Source: Callorhinchus milii
Lineage: Eukaryota
Direction of reading: 5' to 3'
Assembly (NCBI RefSeq): GCF_018977255.1
Contig: NW_024704742.1
Span: 806,001 to 870,000 of the forward strand
Length of the DNA stretch: 64,000 nt
The notes beneath the pieces are model-generated. The model worked only from the letters and a program-made list of their open reading frames with translations, made no database searches and was not told the DNA's origin. Numbering within the stretch: position 1 is the stretch's first letter; each line of letters opens with the position of its first letter. This document shows positions 13,406 through 27,665 of this stretch, piece after piece. The translations under genes were made by a program, and so were the position numbers.

Positions 13406-16192
13406 AAAACAAAATGGACATTCATCCATTTAACATTGACTGTTTTCTGCCTGCGAACATCAACTCACTTAGTGAGTAGTTGTGCTGCTTGTTTAGATAG
13501 AGCTAAATCATTCACTGTGACCCCCCCCCCCCCCGCCCCTCCGATACGGGCAGTATTTCAACATGGCTTCTTCTAAGCTGGCTTGGAGGTTCAACGTGTG
13601 GGTTGGTGTCCTCTTAACTAAATGGGATCAAGAGGCGCCCAGAGATTCGTGTGTGCGTGTGGTACTTGAGATTTTTTTCTGAAATCTTAAAAAGATCATA
13701 ACATCACCAGATAAAAGTGGTCGTTCACTTCATGGCTGCTTGTGCGACATTGCTGGGTGAAAACTGTCACTGCAATCGCCTACAAAAATGCACAGTCCCT
13801 CTGTTGTACAGTAAATGCTGTGACGCTCTTTGAGTCGTTCTACCAACCTGCCCTCTACTCTCCTCTCTGCAGGCACTGGCCTGCTTCGCGTCCCCCTCCC
13901 TGCCTGGCCCTCTATTGGCAGTCGGGCTTTCAGCCGTTCTGCCCGCACTCTCTGGAACTCCATCCATCACTTCACCCCTTCTCTCACCTCCTTGATGATC
14001 CATCTCAAGACCTTCTTCTTTGACCGTTCCTTCAGTCATCTCCCCCTTGCCCCCCTCCCCCCTCCCCCTTCTACTCAGGTGGTCTCCACCCCTCCTGAAT
14101 CCAACTCCCAGCTCAACCCTCGACTGTCCAGTGCCTTGGGACGTGAAAGGTGCTGTATAAATTCAATGGTGTTGCAGTTGTCGTTGAGACGTCCTCTTGA
14201 AAGGCACAGTAACAAATGAAAGGATGACAATTATTTTAAGATAGGATCCTGGTGAATAAATTGTAATGCTCAGAGCAAGTGTTACTGTGCAGCCAGCATT
14301 TACGTGTATGACATTTAAAAGTCCACATGTTTCCAGGACTGTTTGTTTCAGTGGAAAGGAAAGGGAGGGGAATCGCCTGCCCTGTTGTGCTTTATAGAGT
14401 TGTAAATACCTGGCAGGTTACCATGCTGCCTTCACCTTTTCAAACATTTCCTCTCGTTCTTAAACATCTGGTTGTACAAGTCACCTCGTTGCAGTTTTCG
14501 AATCTCTAATTGGATTTGAACAGTGCCTTATCACATCAAAATATCTCAGTGCTTCACAGATCATTACTGTTAAGTGTAGTGGCTGTTTTTGTAGGTAAAT
14601 GCGATCATTTGCTCCAGCTCCATGAGGTGAACAACCGATTTATCTGGAGGAATAATTGCCAGCGCACAAGGAAAATCTACCTTTTCTTGTAGGGTCATTT
14701 GAGGTCCAGCTACCTGAACAGGGAGGCAAGAATCTGGTTTAATATCCTAACCGAAGTACAACATACCCGTGCCTACGGTCATCTTCCCTCCTCCACCGCC
14801 CCCCGCCCTTGCCCTCCACCCTTGTCTGATCCCAACCGGCAGCTTGGGTGCAAATCCCTCATTGTCCAGGGTCTTGGGAGATTCTTCCGACGTGAAAGGA
14901 CCTTTACAAGTGAAATTTGTTGTTGTTGAGAGTGTCAGCCCAGGCTATGACCTGAAGTCCTGACAACAACAACAACAAATTACATTTGCATAGTGCCTTT
15001 CACGTCAGGAGGACATCCCAACCTGAACCAATTGAACCATATTGACAATGTTTCTCGTTAGTGCAGTAAAGGGTCTGGTGGTGAGTTGGGGTGCAGGCAG
15101 GTTGTTGGGGCAGAGCAGTCTATTTTAGTCCTTATCGGGTTTGCCCTGTACTTGCTGCTGAAACTGTCCATTCCAAGTGAGAGTGTTGCTTATCTCAGCT
15201 CCAACCAACAACGACAGATTCATTTGCATAGCGCCTTTCACGTCGGGAGGACTTCCACGTACCTCACCTGAAAAAGCACAAAAAACATCGCCAAAAGACA
15301 AAACGAACAGTTCACATCAGTTCCTCTTCAGTGAACACCGTCAGTAAACGTTCTTCAGAAGTGTGGCCCTGACGGATGAGGCCGGGCAGAACGACTTCGA
15401 TTGTATGCACAATTGAAAATTAAAAATGTAATTCACAGTTAAAATTAAATAAAAAATTAAAAAGCAATGAAAAATGAAAAAAGAACGTGAACCTTTTCCC
15501 ACACTTTGTTGGTGCTTGGTAGGTCTGCCAAGATTTTCTAACCGCAATAACTGCCCAAACGCTAGCGATACAGAAGGCCACTGTATAAATGCAAGTTGTT
15601 GCTGTTGTTACAGTGTCAATTAGCAGAAGAAAAAAAAGGTGTAAGGAGGAAACTGAGCTAACTTCAATGAGTTTTTTTTTTAAGGGACAAGTTATCCCAT
15701 TGTGAAGCCAAACTTATCTTTGGCGAGTGTCTCATCTTCACACCGGCCTGAATTTAATTCAGACGCAGGTATTAATTAACACATTGGAAAAATGACTGGC
15801 TGGTGTCAGAACAGGCAGCTGTTAATAGAAATCCTTGCATCATCCTGCCTTTCAAATCAGGAGGACTTTTCAAAGCACTCGGCAGGATTTGCTGTAACGT
15901 GTAGTGACTGTGTATTTTACAGGCCAACACCCATTTCATGGGGGAAGGGGACAGAAACAGCTTTCATCCTTTTTGTTTTGCCTGGCTCCTACACAGTCAA
16001 GCCCCTTACAAACTGAGTTCCCCACAAGATTACATTTGTATAGCGCCTTGGGACGTTCTCCCGAAATGAAAGGCGCTATACAAATGTAATGTTGTTGTTG
16101 TTGTTCAGATTGAATTGCTGAGAAGGATATACTTTTACCTGTGTTGTCCTGTCCTTGTAAATTTCGATCAAGAAAGAGAGAGAGATGGAGGG

Positions 16193-16495
16193 ATAATAAT
16201 AATCCTTGCATTTGATATAGCGCTGTATGGAGACGTCTCAAAGCGCTTCACAGGATTTACTGTAAAATGGATTGACTGTGTATTTTGTGGGCGGAACGCA
16301 GCAGCCAGTTGCGCACAGCAGCGTCCCACAAACAGCCATGGAGTGAGTGACCAATTTTATTTGGTGGATTGTTGGCCAGGACACCGGGAGAGAGAAACAA
16401 ACTCCTTTCTGCTTTCGAATGGCGCCGCGGGATCTTTAACATCCACTTGAACAGGCAGCCGAGACCTCGGTTTAACGTCTCATCCACATGACAGA
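16193..16495 (-). mobile_element. DeuSINE-type SINE, 3' part
   Basis: Reverse Deu core (gggatctttaacatccac..cctcggtttaacgtctcatcc) joined to the shared tail. Confidence 0.82.
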
Positions 16496-17854
16496 GGAGA
16501 ATGGAGGAAGCGAGAGAGAAGAGTGAGAGAGAGAGAGAGTGTATGAGAAATCGAGCAGCAGCCCTAGTTGAACATTGCCCTCCCTGACCCAGATCAATTA
16601 ACCCAAGTCAATTCTAGAAGTTGCCCTGGCAGAGATCAGTTACCTCAGCAAGGCTCGGCCCCAAACTTGGGAGTTTCCCGGTCTTTGTGGTTCAGTTTCA
16701 CACTGGACAGAGACTTTAACATATAAGGGAGAGTTCAGGATGCATTGGCAAAGCAGAGAAGAAGCTGATAATAGAGGAGTAATTCAACTGTTCATATCAC
16801 CGAATAATGACTTGTTCAACATGGATTGTGTTTGTTCTTTGGCGCCATTGTGTACTTTGATTACATTGCGTCAGTGAAGCTGGTTTATCTCTCCTCCTTT
16901 TTCTTGCTTCACAGTCCTTGTGACAGTGTTGATGATGAAAGACCAAAGCTGACTGAGATAAAGGTTTATGACTTTTTTCTCCCTGCTCCTTGGTGGTGAG
17001 GTGCATGCAAAAAGCGAACGGGGATTTGAGACCTTACAATGAACCGCGTTAAACAATAAGCTTCTGAGTCGCTGAGCAGTATTTACTCCACAGCACATTA
17101 AGTAAACACAACATGATCTGTTTAGTTGGTTGGAAAGAATGCAGCGTTTGCGCGTTGGTTTCCGCCCGCCTGTGGGACTTACTTACTTACTTTGAACCCT
17201 TTCAAAGAGCGGGAAACGCCGAGCAGAGAGCTGCAATAAGCTCTCCAGCACGCGTGCGGTTAAACAGCGAGAGTCAGGATGGTGACAGAGGTGGAAGAGG
17301 TGAAGTTAATGACAGGAACAAAAAAGCTTGTGGTGTCTGCATCTACCGAGGTTACTCTCTGAAGAGTCAACGACCATAACTTGCAATCCGGAGCGCTTAA
17401 CCGTGACGGAGCCTGAAGCCTGGGGCGGGGGGGGGGCGAGGGATAGCGGAGTCGAATCGTAAGGACGGTTGAAGAGGAAGGTCTTCAGTCATGATCTAAA
17501 AGAGGGGGAGACGAGATGGGGCAAGACGGAGGGATTGAGGGAGAGTTCCTAAGAGGCTGAACGCGTAGCCACAGAGTCTTTGGGAAAGGCAGTCCAATAT
17601 CCTGGTGCTGTCTAGTTTGCTTCTGCCCCATAACCTCTCTTTAACGCAACTGTGTTTAATGTGACACACTTATCGCAAAGGAAAGGCTTCAGTGACTGCA
17701 AATTCAGCATAAGTGCTGAACACAGTACTAGCTTACTACTATTTAAGAAGCTGTGCAATCTGCTTGATCTTCAGTTGCAAAGTTGAATTATAACCACGTT
17801 TATACGGTTGTACTTGTTAGAGCTGAGGTCTTGTTGTCTAAGCTGCAGTCCAAT

Positions 17855-18104
17855 TATAATAATAATAATAATCATTGTCATGGATTGAATGACCAAATTA
17901 TTTTTAAAATTTATATTGAAGGGATTATTACCCCCGGAAAAGCGATCCGCCAATCGACTAACAACCGGGTTCCTACTGACTGCTGGTAAACAGAGGCGCG
18001 GGGAGTAAGGAAACTTGCCCAACGTTTCGCCCCCTGCCCTGGGAATCGAACCCAGGTCTCTCGCTTGCGAGGCGAGTGCCTTAACCACTGAGCTACAGGA
18101 CTCC
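17855..18104 (-). mobile_element. SINE family A, intact tRNA head, most of 3' part deleted
   Basis: A box TAGCTCAGTGG and B box GGTTCGATTCC on the minus strand. Confidence 0.88.
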
Positions 18105-21100
18105 ACTACATGGAGTGGACTCTGTACGCTGATTGCTAAATCTTTATGATGGGAAATCCCATTGGAAAGATTGCACTGTAGCCACTGGTGTGCATTGGAT
18201 TCAACTTTCATGCCCCCTGCTCCCTGTGTGTGTGTGGGGGGGGGGTTACAGCATCAACAGCCATAGCTTTACCATTTAAGTGTGTTAAACTGGATGTGGG
18301 TGTGGAAATTGCTCTGTGTTTGCTGGTGATAACGACGAAGACGAAATGACGTGTGTAGCGGCTTTCATGTTGGACGGAAGTCCCAGGGAGCTGGACAATC
18401 AGTGTTTTGGAACCGAGCTGGGGGTCGGGATCAGGGAGGGTGGAGGGCGGTGGTGGGGGGGGCAGGAGGGTGGCCAAAGGCACGGTCCAAGAGGAAGGTC
18501 TTGGGACGGCCAAGGGAATAAAATGAGTGGGCATCCCCGACCATGTCTTGAAAGTGTAGGGGTTGGAGCTGCTGCTTATCGTACTGAATTCATTCGTCTC
18601 AGATGAGGGGGAATTGACCCCGGCTTCCCCAGGGTCAGGGAGGAGGAAAGCAGTCGGTGTTCCTGCTCCTCGTCGCTCTTCAGAACCCCCTCCTTCCTCC
18701 TTGTGTCGTGTTTCGCGCAGCACCACAATGTCCCACAAACCGGTGGATTCAGTGTGACTCGCATTTTTTTTCACAAAGGCGATGCAGGCGGGAGCTTTGA
18801 GAGCTGAGGTTTCCGCCTGCTATCTTCTCCGTGCCTGTGATCGCTCTCCTCCCTCCCTTTTGCCCACCCACCTGGTTGTAGGATGAGCGAGATGTGCCAC
18901 CCCGAACAGTGGCAGTTGCCGACATCACCGTCTGGCATGTAGTGGAACAGGCTGCTGAAATGGATGGCTCAACAAAATGCCTCCAGTTGGTTTCGTCAGG
19001 ATTTGGGCGAGCACCTAAGACTAATCTGGATAAACGCGAGCTGGTCTCCCGCAACGATAAGTGACAAGGTGACATTTGCACTCATTCTCACACAGCGGTG
19101 CCCAACTCAGCCCGTTCAGTTCTGTTTCCTCCTACCAGCATTGTATGGTAATTAGATTATTTTTTCCCGAGCATGAGCAAGTTAAAGGATTCAGCGCAAC
19201 AGAGAGAGTAGCATTTTTGAGGTCAGAAAGGGCTGTACAGTTCTTTCCCCAACGCACCGTTTATCAATACACAGCTTGACGGCTAGACTGAAACTCCGGC
19301 CTCTGTTAATCGGCGCTGGTGTTCTTGTGTTATTTGTGGTTGGGTTTATCTGCGCTTCACATCTGTTTGTGGCTAAGGCACAAGATTCAGAAAACCTAAA
19401 AACTTTTCATGCTTCTCACCACTGCAGTTGAGTAAAAAAAAATACTCACCTCCGCTTAATCCATCAAGAAGGGTTTTAGTGGCTTTCTTCCACAAAGCTT
19501 TTTGCTCCAGTTCTCTCCTCTCGCTCCCCCTTTCCTGAAAGCACCTTATTCCTTCTCCTGAAAAGCGAAGGGACTTTCTCCCCGTGTCCTGGACAACAAT
19601 CCCCCAAATAAAATTGGTCACCTAGTACACGGTAGCCGAGTGGCCAATTTAGGTTAGTGCTTTTGAAACTGTGTAAGAAAAGATCTTCAAAGGGGGCAAA
19701 AAAAAACATGTTGTAGGTTTAAGTTGGAATCTAAGGCTTTTTTTTCTCGCACGGTACAACAAAAACTCAGCCAATTGGGCATGAACCCACCCAAACTGAC
19801 CGCATTGGCCCTCGCTCCTAACCCTGCTCAGTCTAGCTCACGCATCAAGCGAAGTTTTGTCCACTTAAATGCAGGATCTGAGAGCTGCTGGAAACCTGTG
19901 ATATCCTACCCCAGCACGAGCCAGTCGCCTTTTAGAAAATGGTTTGGAGAGACAAAAAAGTAAAACGTGTCTGAAAAAATAATAGAATGGGACCCACAGT
20001 GAGTCACGGTATCAGCAGCAGTAACCTGAGTTAGTTAGCTGTGGCCCAGCTCTCTGGAACACTCTCCCTAAATCCTTGTGCTTTCAATACCCATCTAAGT
20101 ACTTCCCTCCGTGACCCAGCCTTTGGCCACCTCCTCCTAGGCCCCCACATCTCCCACCCAAGCTCGGCCTCCCACTGTATCCCTGTAAAGCGCTTTGAGA
20201 CCTCTTTCGTGAAACGCGTTAAGACGAGTGCAAGTTGTGCCAGTTGTTGAGTGTCCCTGATGTTGAGCGTGTTGGTAAGTTGACAACCAGTGAGAGCCAA
20301 TGGATATAAATAGGACCCTTAGAGGCAAGTCAGAATGTTTAGTAACCTTGGTCCAAGCTGCTGTTGTGTGTTTTCGAGCTCTTCGGTTCACCTCGCGAGT
20401 CTCGCCGAGCGCGACAGCACAGGAACAGTCTTTCATCCAAAGTCACCAAATTCTTTCTTCCTGTTGAATTTCAGGGCTTGCGACACAATCCTTTCCTGCA
20501 CACGGTTGGCCCGAGCTATCACTTGCAGGAAGTCGTTGGGACACCTGCTGTACTTGTCAAGAAAAAAACAATGTTACTTAGTTGATTTCCGTGGTTGCTT
20601 TGCTTCGAAGGAATGAGGATAGACAGCGCTGCAGGAAAAAGCTCCAGCTGCCAGCAGTGCGTCCAGGAACGCTAACAAGTGTTTTCTTTTTACTAATCCT
20701 CGTTCAACACCTTCGATCTTTGATTAGCAATTTACGCGTAAAATCTACGTGTCTGATGCTGACGTTCACCTCGTGTTACCGTTCTACACGCGCTCACGAA
20801 TGTAACCTGGTGCACATCAAAAGCTGCGCTGAAAATAAAACAGTTTCAGAAATCAAAGGGACTTGGGATGTCAGCTTCTGTAAAGGACGAGAGAAAGGAA
20901 CTCGCTCTGCTGGCCTCGGCCACATCCAAATGACACATTCTAGTATGGAACTGAGTCATTGCAGACCAGGGAGATGCCAGGTCTTCTGTGAGTTCGCTGA
21001 TCACTGCTGGGGGTGGAGGTGGGGGGGAGGAGGGGTGTTGCCGTTGGCCTCAGAGCCTCCTGCCTTAGACAGAAAAACAGCAGCCAGGCTTCCTGCTCCT

Positions 21101-22990
21101 GATCTCTGAAGTCTCTTCAGTCTCTGTTCATTCAAGACAACTGTTTTGTTAAATGACCTCTCCCTCAGAGACGCTGGAGATGTGATGGGTGACGACAGAG
21201 TTAGGTGGGGTTCCTTTGCCCTTCGCGGTCAAATAACCTCCAAACGCTCACTGTCTGGCCTTACGTGTGCAGCAAGAGCCGACTCCTTGAGGAGAGCGGA
21301 CTAAGGGCCAGCAAATTGGAGCAAGGAAAGAAAAGACTCTTGGGCCTGTCGGCGCCAATCTGTCATCAACTGCTGGGAAAGGTCTAGGCCCAGCCCAGCG
21401 TGACTGACTCAGAGATCTTTCCTTCCCTGGGTGAAGCATTTTTCCGCATCCCAAAACTCTTGTGACTCAGCGAGATCTGGTTGTCGCTGGGTTGCCATCG
21501 CACCCAGGCCAGTCTGCTGCTCTGCCCGGCCATCTGTAGGATCTGTACTTTCACAGAAGCACACGGCATCGCTCGCTGTCCCAGTGAGCACGGGCTCACA
21601 TTGCTTGCCACAGCATAAAGGGTACGACAATCTGTGCCGTGCAGGTTTGAGGTTAGGTATTGGCGTGTGGTCAAGGACAATACAACAAGGGGGGCAATAG
21701 AACAGACTAAAATGAGGGGACGGGAGCGAGATGTATAATTTAGGCTTTAGCTGAGAAACACACTGGGAAATGTATCCAAGTTTTCTGAAGTTGCACCTTT
21801 GGCGGCCGTGTGGGTCACTTAAGACGGACACTTATCGCCTTGTGCACTCCTGACGAGCGGAAGCCGCGTTTGAATTGACTTCTTCATTCGAGAGCAATTC
21901 AGCTCGGTCTCCCTGGCACGCCAGTGTTTTTAGTAACTGGCAGATGTAAAACGGAACACTCAGTTGGACTGCTCGGAAGGATAATCCAGGCACTGTGGCA
22001 CAAATGATGTTCTTCCGAAAGAATCTCATTCCTGCGAGCCTTTCATTCTCCCCCGTTGAGAATCGTGCTGAATGCTCTCTACTGGAATTTTCTTTTGGAC
22101 TGTGTGCGCGCGTGTGTGTGTGTGTGTGTGAGGGGGGGGGTATTGGGAGTGGGGGGGAGAAACAATGTTTGCAGTCAACTGAAGTACAGTACATAAGCAG
22201 CTTCCGCTGGGCTCTCGCTGACTCTTAGAACAAGATGAAATGATCCAAAGCCTTGTGCGTTTTTTTAATCTCACCCACGCACCATTGCAACCGCGTCCTC
22301 TAGAAAGCGGCCGAACGGCAAGCTCCACAAAAGCCAATCAATGAACAGGCGCTTAAGAAATATGTGTAATGGCTGTGCAAGTACGTTCCAGCAGCCTTTT
22401 ATCATTATCCCAGACACAAGGCATATTGAATACAACTTCTTGTTCGTTCCCCCTCCACCACACCCCCTCTCCACCCCATCACAATGTCCCTTTCATTGTG
22501 AGAGGGCTTCCACAGTAGTGATCTGTCTCTTGAAATGCAACTGACGGTCATCTGGTTCCAAATGCCAATAGCTGGCAGGGTTTTACAGGCAGATTTCAGG
22601 GTTTGTATTCCTCAAAGTCTTAAAGCCACATCCTCTGATTTTGCCACTGTCAAGCTTGGTGCTGGTTTAGTTTGAAGACAGTGAAAGGGTGACTATAGGG
22701 GGGCGGCCATAGGAATAAACGAGAGCGATAGTCCCAACTCGTCTTCCCGAAAAGTTGTTCTCTTCAAAAATCACAAACAAAATCCAAGGCTGCCTCAGTT
22801 CTGAGTTGTTGTTTACAGGGTATTAATCAGGCTGTATAAGTGCACTCAAATCCTTCCAGTCCAGTTAACAACAACTTGCATTTATATAGAGCTGTTCAGG
22901 AGGAGTAGTGGCTAAAAGGCCTTAACAGAGAGTTCCTGAGCCATTGTTTCCCCTTTAAATATTTCTGTATTTCTTGTGGTTCCCTTTCAG

Positions 22991-23167
22991 ATCGTTGCCC
23001 TTTGCAGAGAAGCTGCCCTTTTGGCTCTTCAGGAAAATCTCCAGGCCCAGAGTGTTATGGAAAGGCATTTTGTTCAGTCACTTAAAATTGTGACTCCGAG
23101 GATTCCTGAGAAGCTCATCGAGTTTTACACCAACTACCAGCAGCAAAGTGGACTGCACAGCCTATGA
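22991..23167 (+). CDS. SPATA5: Terminal coding exon of SPATA5/AFG2A AAA+ ATPase (C-terminal lid of second AAA domain)
   Basis: Encodes [58 protein letters not shown], closely matching the vertebrate SPATA5 C-terminus ([15 protein letters not shown]...VTPRIPE...SGLHTL). Phase-0 acceptor AG at 22989-22990, TGA at 23165-23167. Adjacency to SPRY1 fits known synteny. Confidence 0.93.
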   Translation: MVALCREAALLALQENLQAQSVMERHFVQSLKIVTPRIPEKLIEFYTNYQQQSGLHSL

Positions 23168-23293
23168 GAACATTGTGTTGGATGCCGGTCAAAGGCATAA
23201 TAATCCTTGCATTTGGTACAGCGCCAAATCACGTCGTCGAGACATCTCAAGTCTCAAGGATACAATGATAACTTGGGCTCATACTGGTGAGAA

Positions 23294-23299
23294 ATTAAA
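23294..23299 (+). terminator. Possible SPATA5 poly(A) signal (ATTAAA)
   Basis: ATTAAA hexamer ~130 nt after the stop; no transcript support available. Confidence 0.25.
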
Positions 23300-23644
23300 T
23301 TGTACGATTATGATTTCCATGCGCATGAAACTCACATTTTGAACTGTTCTTTCAAAAAAAATGTAGTTTCTCTTCCCAGCAGTGACCAGAAAACATAGTC
23401 CAGATCTACAATGAAATGTGAGACCTTCCCAATTTGTGCGAGTCTGAGACACACTACTGGAGCCATCAGGAAGCTCTGATATTTCTTTAGGCTGTTCCAG
23501 AATTCCTGAAATATTTTTCCACACTGAAAAACCAAACAATCACTGATAATTGTTGGCCTGAAATGTCACATGGTCTTCGCCTGTAATCGCATTTTGTGTT
23601 AAAATGTAAGAGAGTGCAGAATTTTTGTCACTGATTCAACTCAG

Positions 23645-24000
23645 TGTTAATTTGACACTCCAGTGCAATACTGGACGAGCAGTGCATCGTTAGAGGTGCC
23701 GTTCATCAGCTAAGACGTTAAACCAAGGTCCCATCTGCCTGTTCAGGTGGATGCTAAGGATTCCTTGGCACTATTCAAAAAGAGAAAAGAGTTTCTTCCA
23801 GTGTCCTGGCCAACAATCCCCCAGATGCAATCAGTCATTCACTTCATGCATGTTGGGTGGGACATTATTGCTTGTAAATTGCAATCACCTTCATCGAAAA
23901 ATACAGTCACTACACTCAGTAGTAATATCTGTGAAGAGCTTTTAGATGTTTCAGTGACGTGATGTGGCTTTTTCCAATGCGAAATGTATTAATATTATTT
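23645..24000 (+). mobile_element. DeuSINE-type SINE; further copies at ~6040-6420, 8860-9170, 27320-27660, 51940-52215, 55120-55415, 57060-57370, 60280-60570, 61535-61740
   Basis: gacactccagtgcaatactg..gacgttaaaccaaggtcccatctgcctgttcaggtggatg..ggcactattc. Confidence 0.8.
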
Positions 24001-24827
24001 GGGAGGTAGTTTTTTTTAAAAAGAAACTGGCTTCCAAATTAGCTAGCGTTCAAATTAAGACTGACTTTAAGAATTGTTCACAATTCTACACCATCTTAAA
24101 TTTGAGACAAAATGGTCTTTCAGGATGGAAGTTTGAATGGAATTTGGGCCTCTGTATTTAAACTCAGGACAGAGTAAACTACTGGTTTAAAATTGTATAT
24201 TAAATACAATGGGGTGCGGGGGAGCTAATCTGCTGTGCTCATTAAGTGGAATGAATCTTTCAATGCTCCATCATAAGGTCATATCGAATAATTTGCTATA
24301 TTAGTGAGCGGAGCAGAAGAAACTCCAAAGTAAGGTTTGTTTTCTGAAGCCTTTGATGATGAGGTTTCATGATAAAGCTTTTAGCTGTAGGTTTCATGGG
24401 TGGTTTGGCCCACAAAATACACAGTCAATCCACTTTACAATACAATTCTGTGAAGCGCTTTGAGATGTCTCGACGATGTGATAAGGCGCTATGTCAAATG
24501 CAAAGATTATTATTATTATTTTCATTATTAAAAGTGTCAATTTTCTTTATAAACAAGATTACCGTTCATTTGTCCAGGCACCGGTTCTATTGGTGCCTCA
24601 ACCTAATGTCTCACTTGTCATGTTTTGGACTATGTTGGCTTTCGGGTTTGGGATTGAGCTCAATTGCAATTTGAACATTTCCGCACTGCTGACATTTGCA
24701 AAACAAAATTTGCAGCTAAAACAACAAATAGATTTGATTGTAGCAAATCAGCCGCTGTGGTAAAAATACTGCAATGCTGTGTTACACAGAGGACAGGAAC
24801 ATCACCAATAAATAGCTCAGTCGGTTG

Positions 24828-25975
24828 GAATCATAGACGCATAGGAACAGGAGTAGGCCATTCAGCCCCTCGAGCCTGTTCCATCATTCCCATATCCCTT
24901 GATACCCCGACCTAACAAATATCTATCCATCTCAGTCTGAATGGATCCAGCATCCACAGTCTTCTGGGGGAGAGAGTTCCAGATTTCCACTGACCTTTGG
25001 GTGAAAAACTGTCTCCTGATTTCACTCCTAAATGGCGTAACTCTAATTTTAAGATTTTGCCCCCCGTGTTCCTGATTCCCCCACCAGAGGAAATAGTTTC
25101 TCTGTATCTACGCTATCGAATCCCTTTATTATTTTAACAACGACGACAGCTCGCACTTATATGGCGCCCTCCACGCAGGGCAGTGTCTCAGAGCTTAACA
25201 GTGACGGAGCCTGACTGTGAGCCGGTGGGGGGTGAGGGGGGTGTCCGGTCGAAAAGGAACGTTTTCAGGCAGGACTTGAAAATGGGGAGGCGGAGGGATT
25301 GAGGGAGAGCGTTCCAGAGTTTCGGGGCGTAGTGGCTTAAGGGCACAACCACCGGTGATGGGGCGGAGGGTGCGAGGGACAAGCGGGAGCCGGGGCCAGT
25401 CGAGTGGAGGCGCCGGGTGGTGGATTGGGGAGTGAGGAGGTCGGGGAGGGAGGGAGGGAGGGGCCAGGGAGTGAAGGGATTTGAACACGAGAGTGAGAGG
25501 ATCTTGAAGTCGATGTGTTCAGTGATGGGGAGCCAGTGGAGCCTGGGCCAGAGCTGGTGAGATGTGGGGACGGAGTTTGGTCCGGGTCAGTATGCGGGCG
25601 GCAGAGTTGTGAATTTATGATAAGAACCTCAATTAGATCACCCTTCAACCTTCTAAACTCAAGGGAATACAGACCAAGTTTATGCAACACTGTCCTCGTA
25701 GTTTAACCCTTTAAGGCCTGGTGTCATCCTGGTGAATCTGTGTTGCACCCCCTCCAGAGCCAATATATCCTTCCTGAAGTGCGGTGCCCGAAACTGAACC
25801 CTGTACTGCAGATGGGGTCTGACCAAGGCTCCAGACAGTTGAAGCATCATTTCCTCTCCTTTATATTCCAGCCCCCCCACCCCTTGAGATAAAGGCCAAC
25901 ATCCCATCAGCCGTTATGATAACTTTTTGTGCCTGTGAGCTCGTTTTTAGTGATTTGTGTACGTGGATGTGGAAT
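24828..25975 (-). mobile_element. CR1 LINE 3' end (24828-25137 and 25620-25975), split by an L2
   Basis: Encodes LVRPHLQYRVQF.APHFRKDILALEGVQHRFTRMTPGLKGLNYE and KLGLYSLEFRRLKGDLIEV (CR1 ORF2 C-terminus), plus a typical 3'UTR. Confidence 0.92.
25140..25615 (-). mobile_element. L2 LINE 3' fragment nested within CR1
   Basis: Minus strand LHWLP-region sequence, then FKSLHSLAPP, YAPKLWNALP, FKSCLKTFLF. Confidence 0.88.
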
Positions 25976-27665
25976 CAGGAGATTTAACATTGAGAGTGTT
26001 TCTTTAAAGTGTCGCGTGGATGATTCACTACAGGGAAAACAGACGAAGTCTTTTTCAAAGGCAGGAAGAGCTGCCCAGAGAGGTTCTGCAAGAGAATTGG
26101 GATGCTAGAGGTATGTATGAGGTATGTCTCCCACTTCCTGCTTGAACAAAGCCCATTCGTTCTGTTGATATAGTATCAGTTTTCAGAGAAACGCGCTCTC
26201 TTTCCATCTGCAGTATTATGGGAAGCTTTTAAAGAGCACATCCATTCTTGGCAGCTGACATCGCCTTCTGGATTCCTGATCCCTTTTCAACTATTCTGTC
26301 TCATTCAAAACCTTGCATATTTTTGCAGCACTTGAATTGCTAAGCGAACAACGCGAGAATGCTGCAGCTGAAATGCCTTAAAATATCTTGTGTTCAGAAG
26401 GAATCTTACAGTATATTTAGCAGTGAAAATTTCAATCGTCCGTCATTACTTGGCCTGTTGGTACAGACACCGTATAGGACAGTATTCTGAATTCTACGCT
26501 GAGAGCCCACTTTGCAAGAGGTTCTCGTGATTCCAGTTTTATTTTTCTAACTTTGTTTTTCAACAAAATGGAAGTTATTCTGCGGAAAGGAGGGTTTGGA
26601 ACTGTGCGCACATTGACCTTGCACGCTGCTTTAACACATCTAAAGAATGAATGATTTCAGAAATTGATCGATTAGTCAATTGTCAAAAGAAAGCCTATCG
26701 GCACAGCCTCAATTTATTTTATTTCCCCCCCTCCCCCCCCAACCCGCCCAAAAAAAATCAACCAGAGAACAGCCAACAGGTTTGCCCAGGTGTGTTTCCA
26801 AAGAGTTAGTAATTCAACACAAAGAGGCCTAAGAAGTTCAAAGGAAGCACATTAGGAGCATTGCCAACTTCAAACACATCAGCGTCTGATCTCTGACAAC
26901 AAAAGACTGCCTTCAGATCACCAAAATGTCACTGTTAAAGGCCACATTGATTGGCCATAAAGGTCAGGCTGTTTGGGTATTATGATCAATCATGTGCTAC
27001 TCAGTAAGCACTTCATGGCCAATAACCACTTCCGAGATGCATCCTGACCCTGATATAGGACAACGATGATTAGCATTGAACATGAGTATAGTGCAAACAT
27101 CAGGTGCTAAATAGAGTGTATACCATATATATATCTGTGACACAAATATAATTGCATCACTCTGATTAATGCTTAAAATGCAGTGTTTCTCCCCTTTTCA
27201 CTAATGGCTTGGCTGCTACACACTGAGATGCAAAGTAACACAGATCTGATCAGCAAAAATGCAGACGCGAATTTCCGTAGTCTCAGTTTTCTTTGTTACT
27301 CCCATATCACGCATCGTGCCTCGAATAAGAAATCGTGCATTTGATTACGGCATCTACGCCGTCAAAGCTCTTCACGGGGAACTTCTTGCCAAATGGAGCG
27401 ACTGGGTAGCTGTAGGCAAACGTGGCATCCAATTTGTGCGCGGCGTTCTTCCATAAACAGCTCTGAAGCGAATGACCAAATTTAGCTGGAGGACTGTTGG
27501 CCGAGAGCCTGGGAGACACGCCCTTCTCCTTTCAAATAGCGCCATGGGATCTTTACCAATCCACCCGAACGCGCAGGTGGGGCTCGAGCTTAACGGCTAA
27601 TCCAAAAGACAGCATCTCCGTTATAGCAGCACTCGCCCAGCATGGCATAGGAGTGTCGCCTCGAT

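Larger units (their letters stand above)
1..22990 (+). other. SPATA5: 3' part of the last intron of SPATA5/AFG2A (no penultimate exon recognised in the window)
   Basis: Ends in a polypyrimidine tract plus AG (ttcttgtggttccctttcag) directly before the terminal exon. No other SPATA5-like peptide was seen upstream. Confidence 0.7.
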
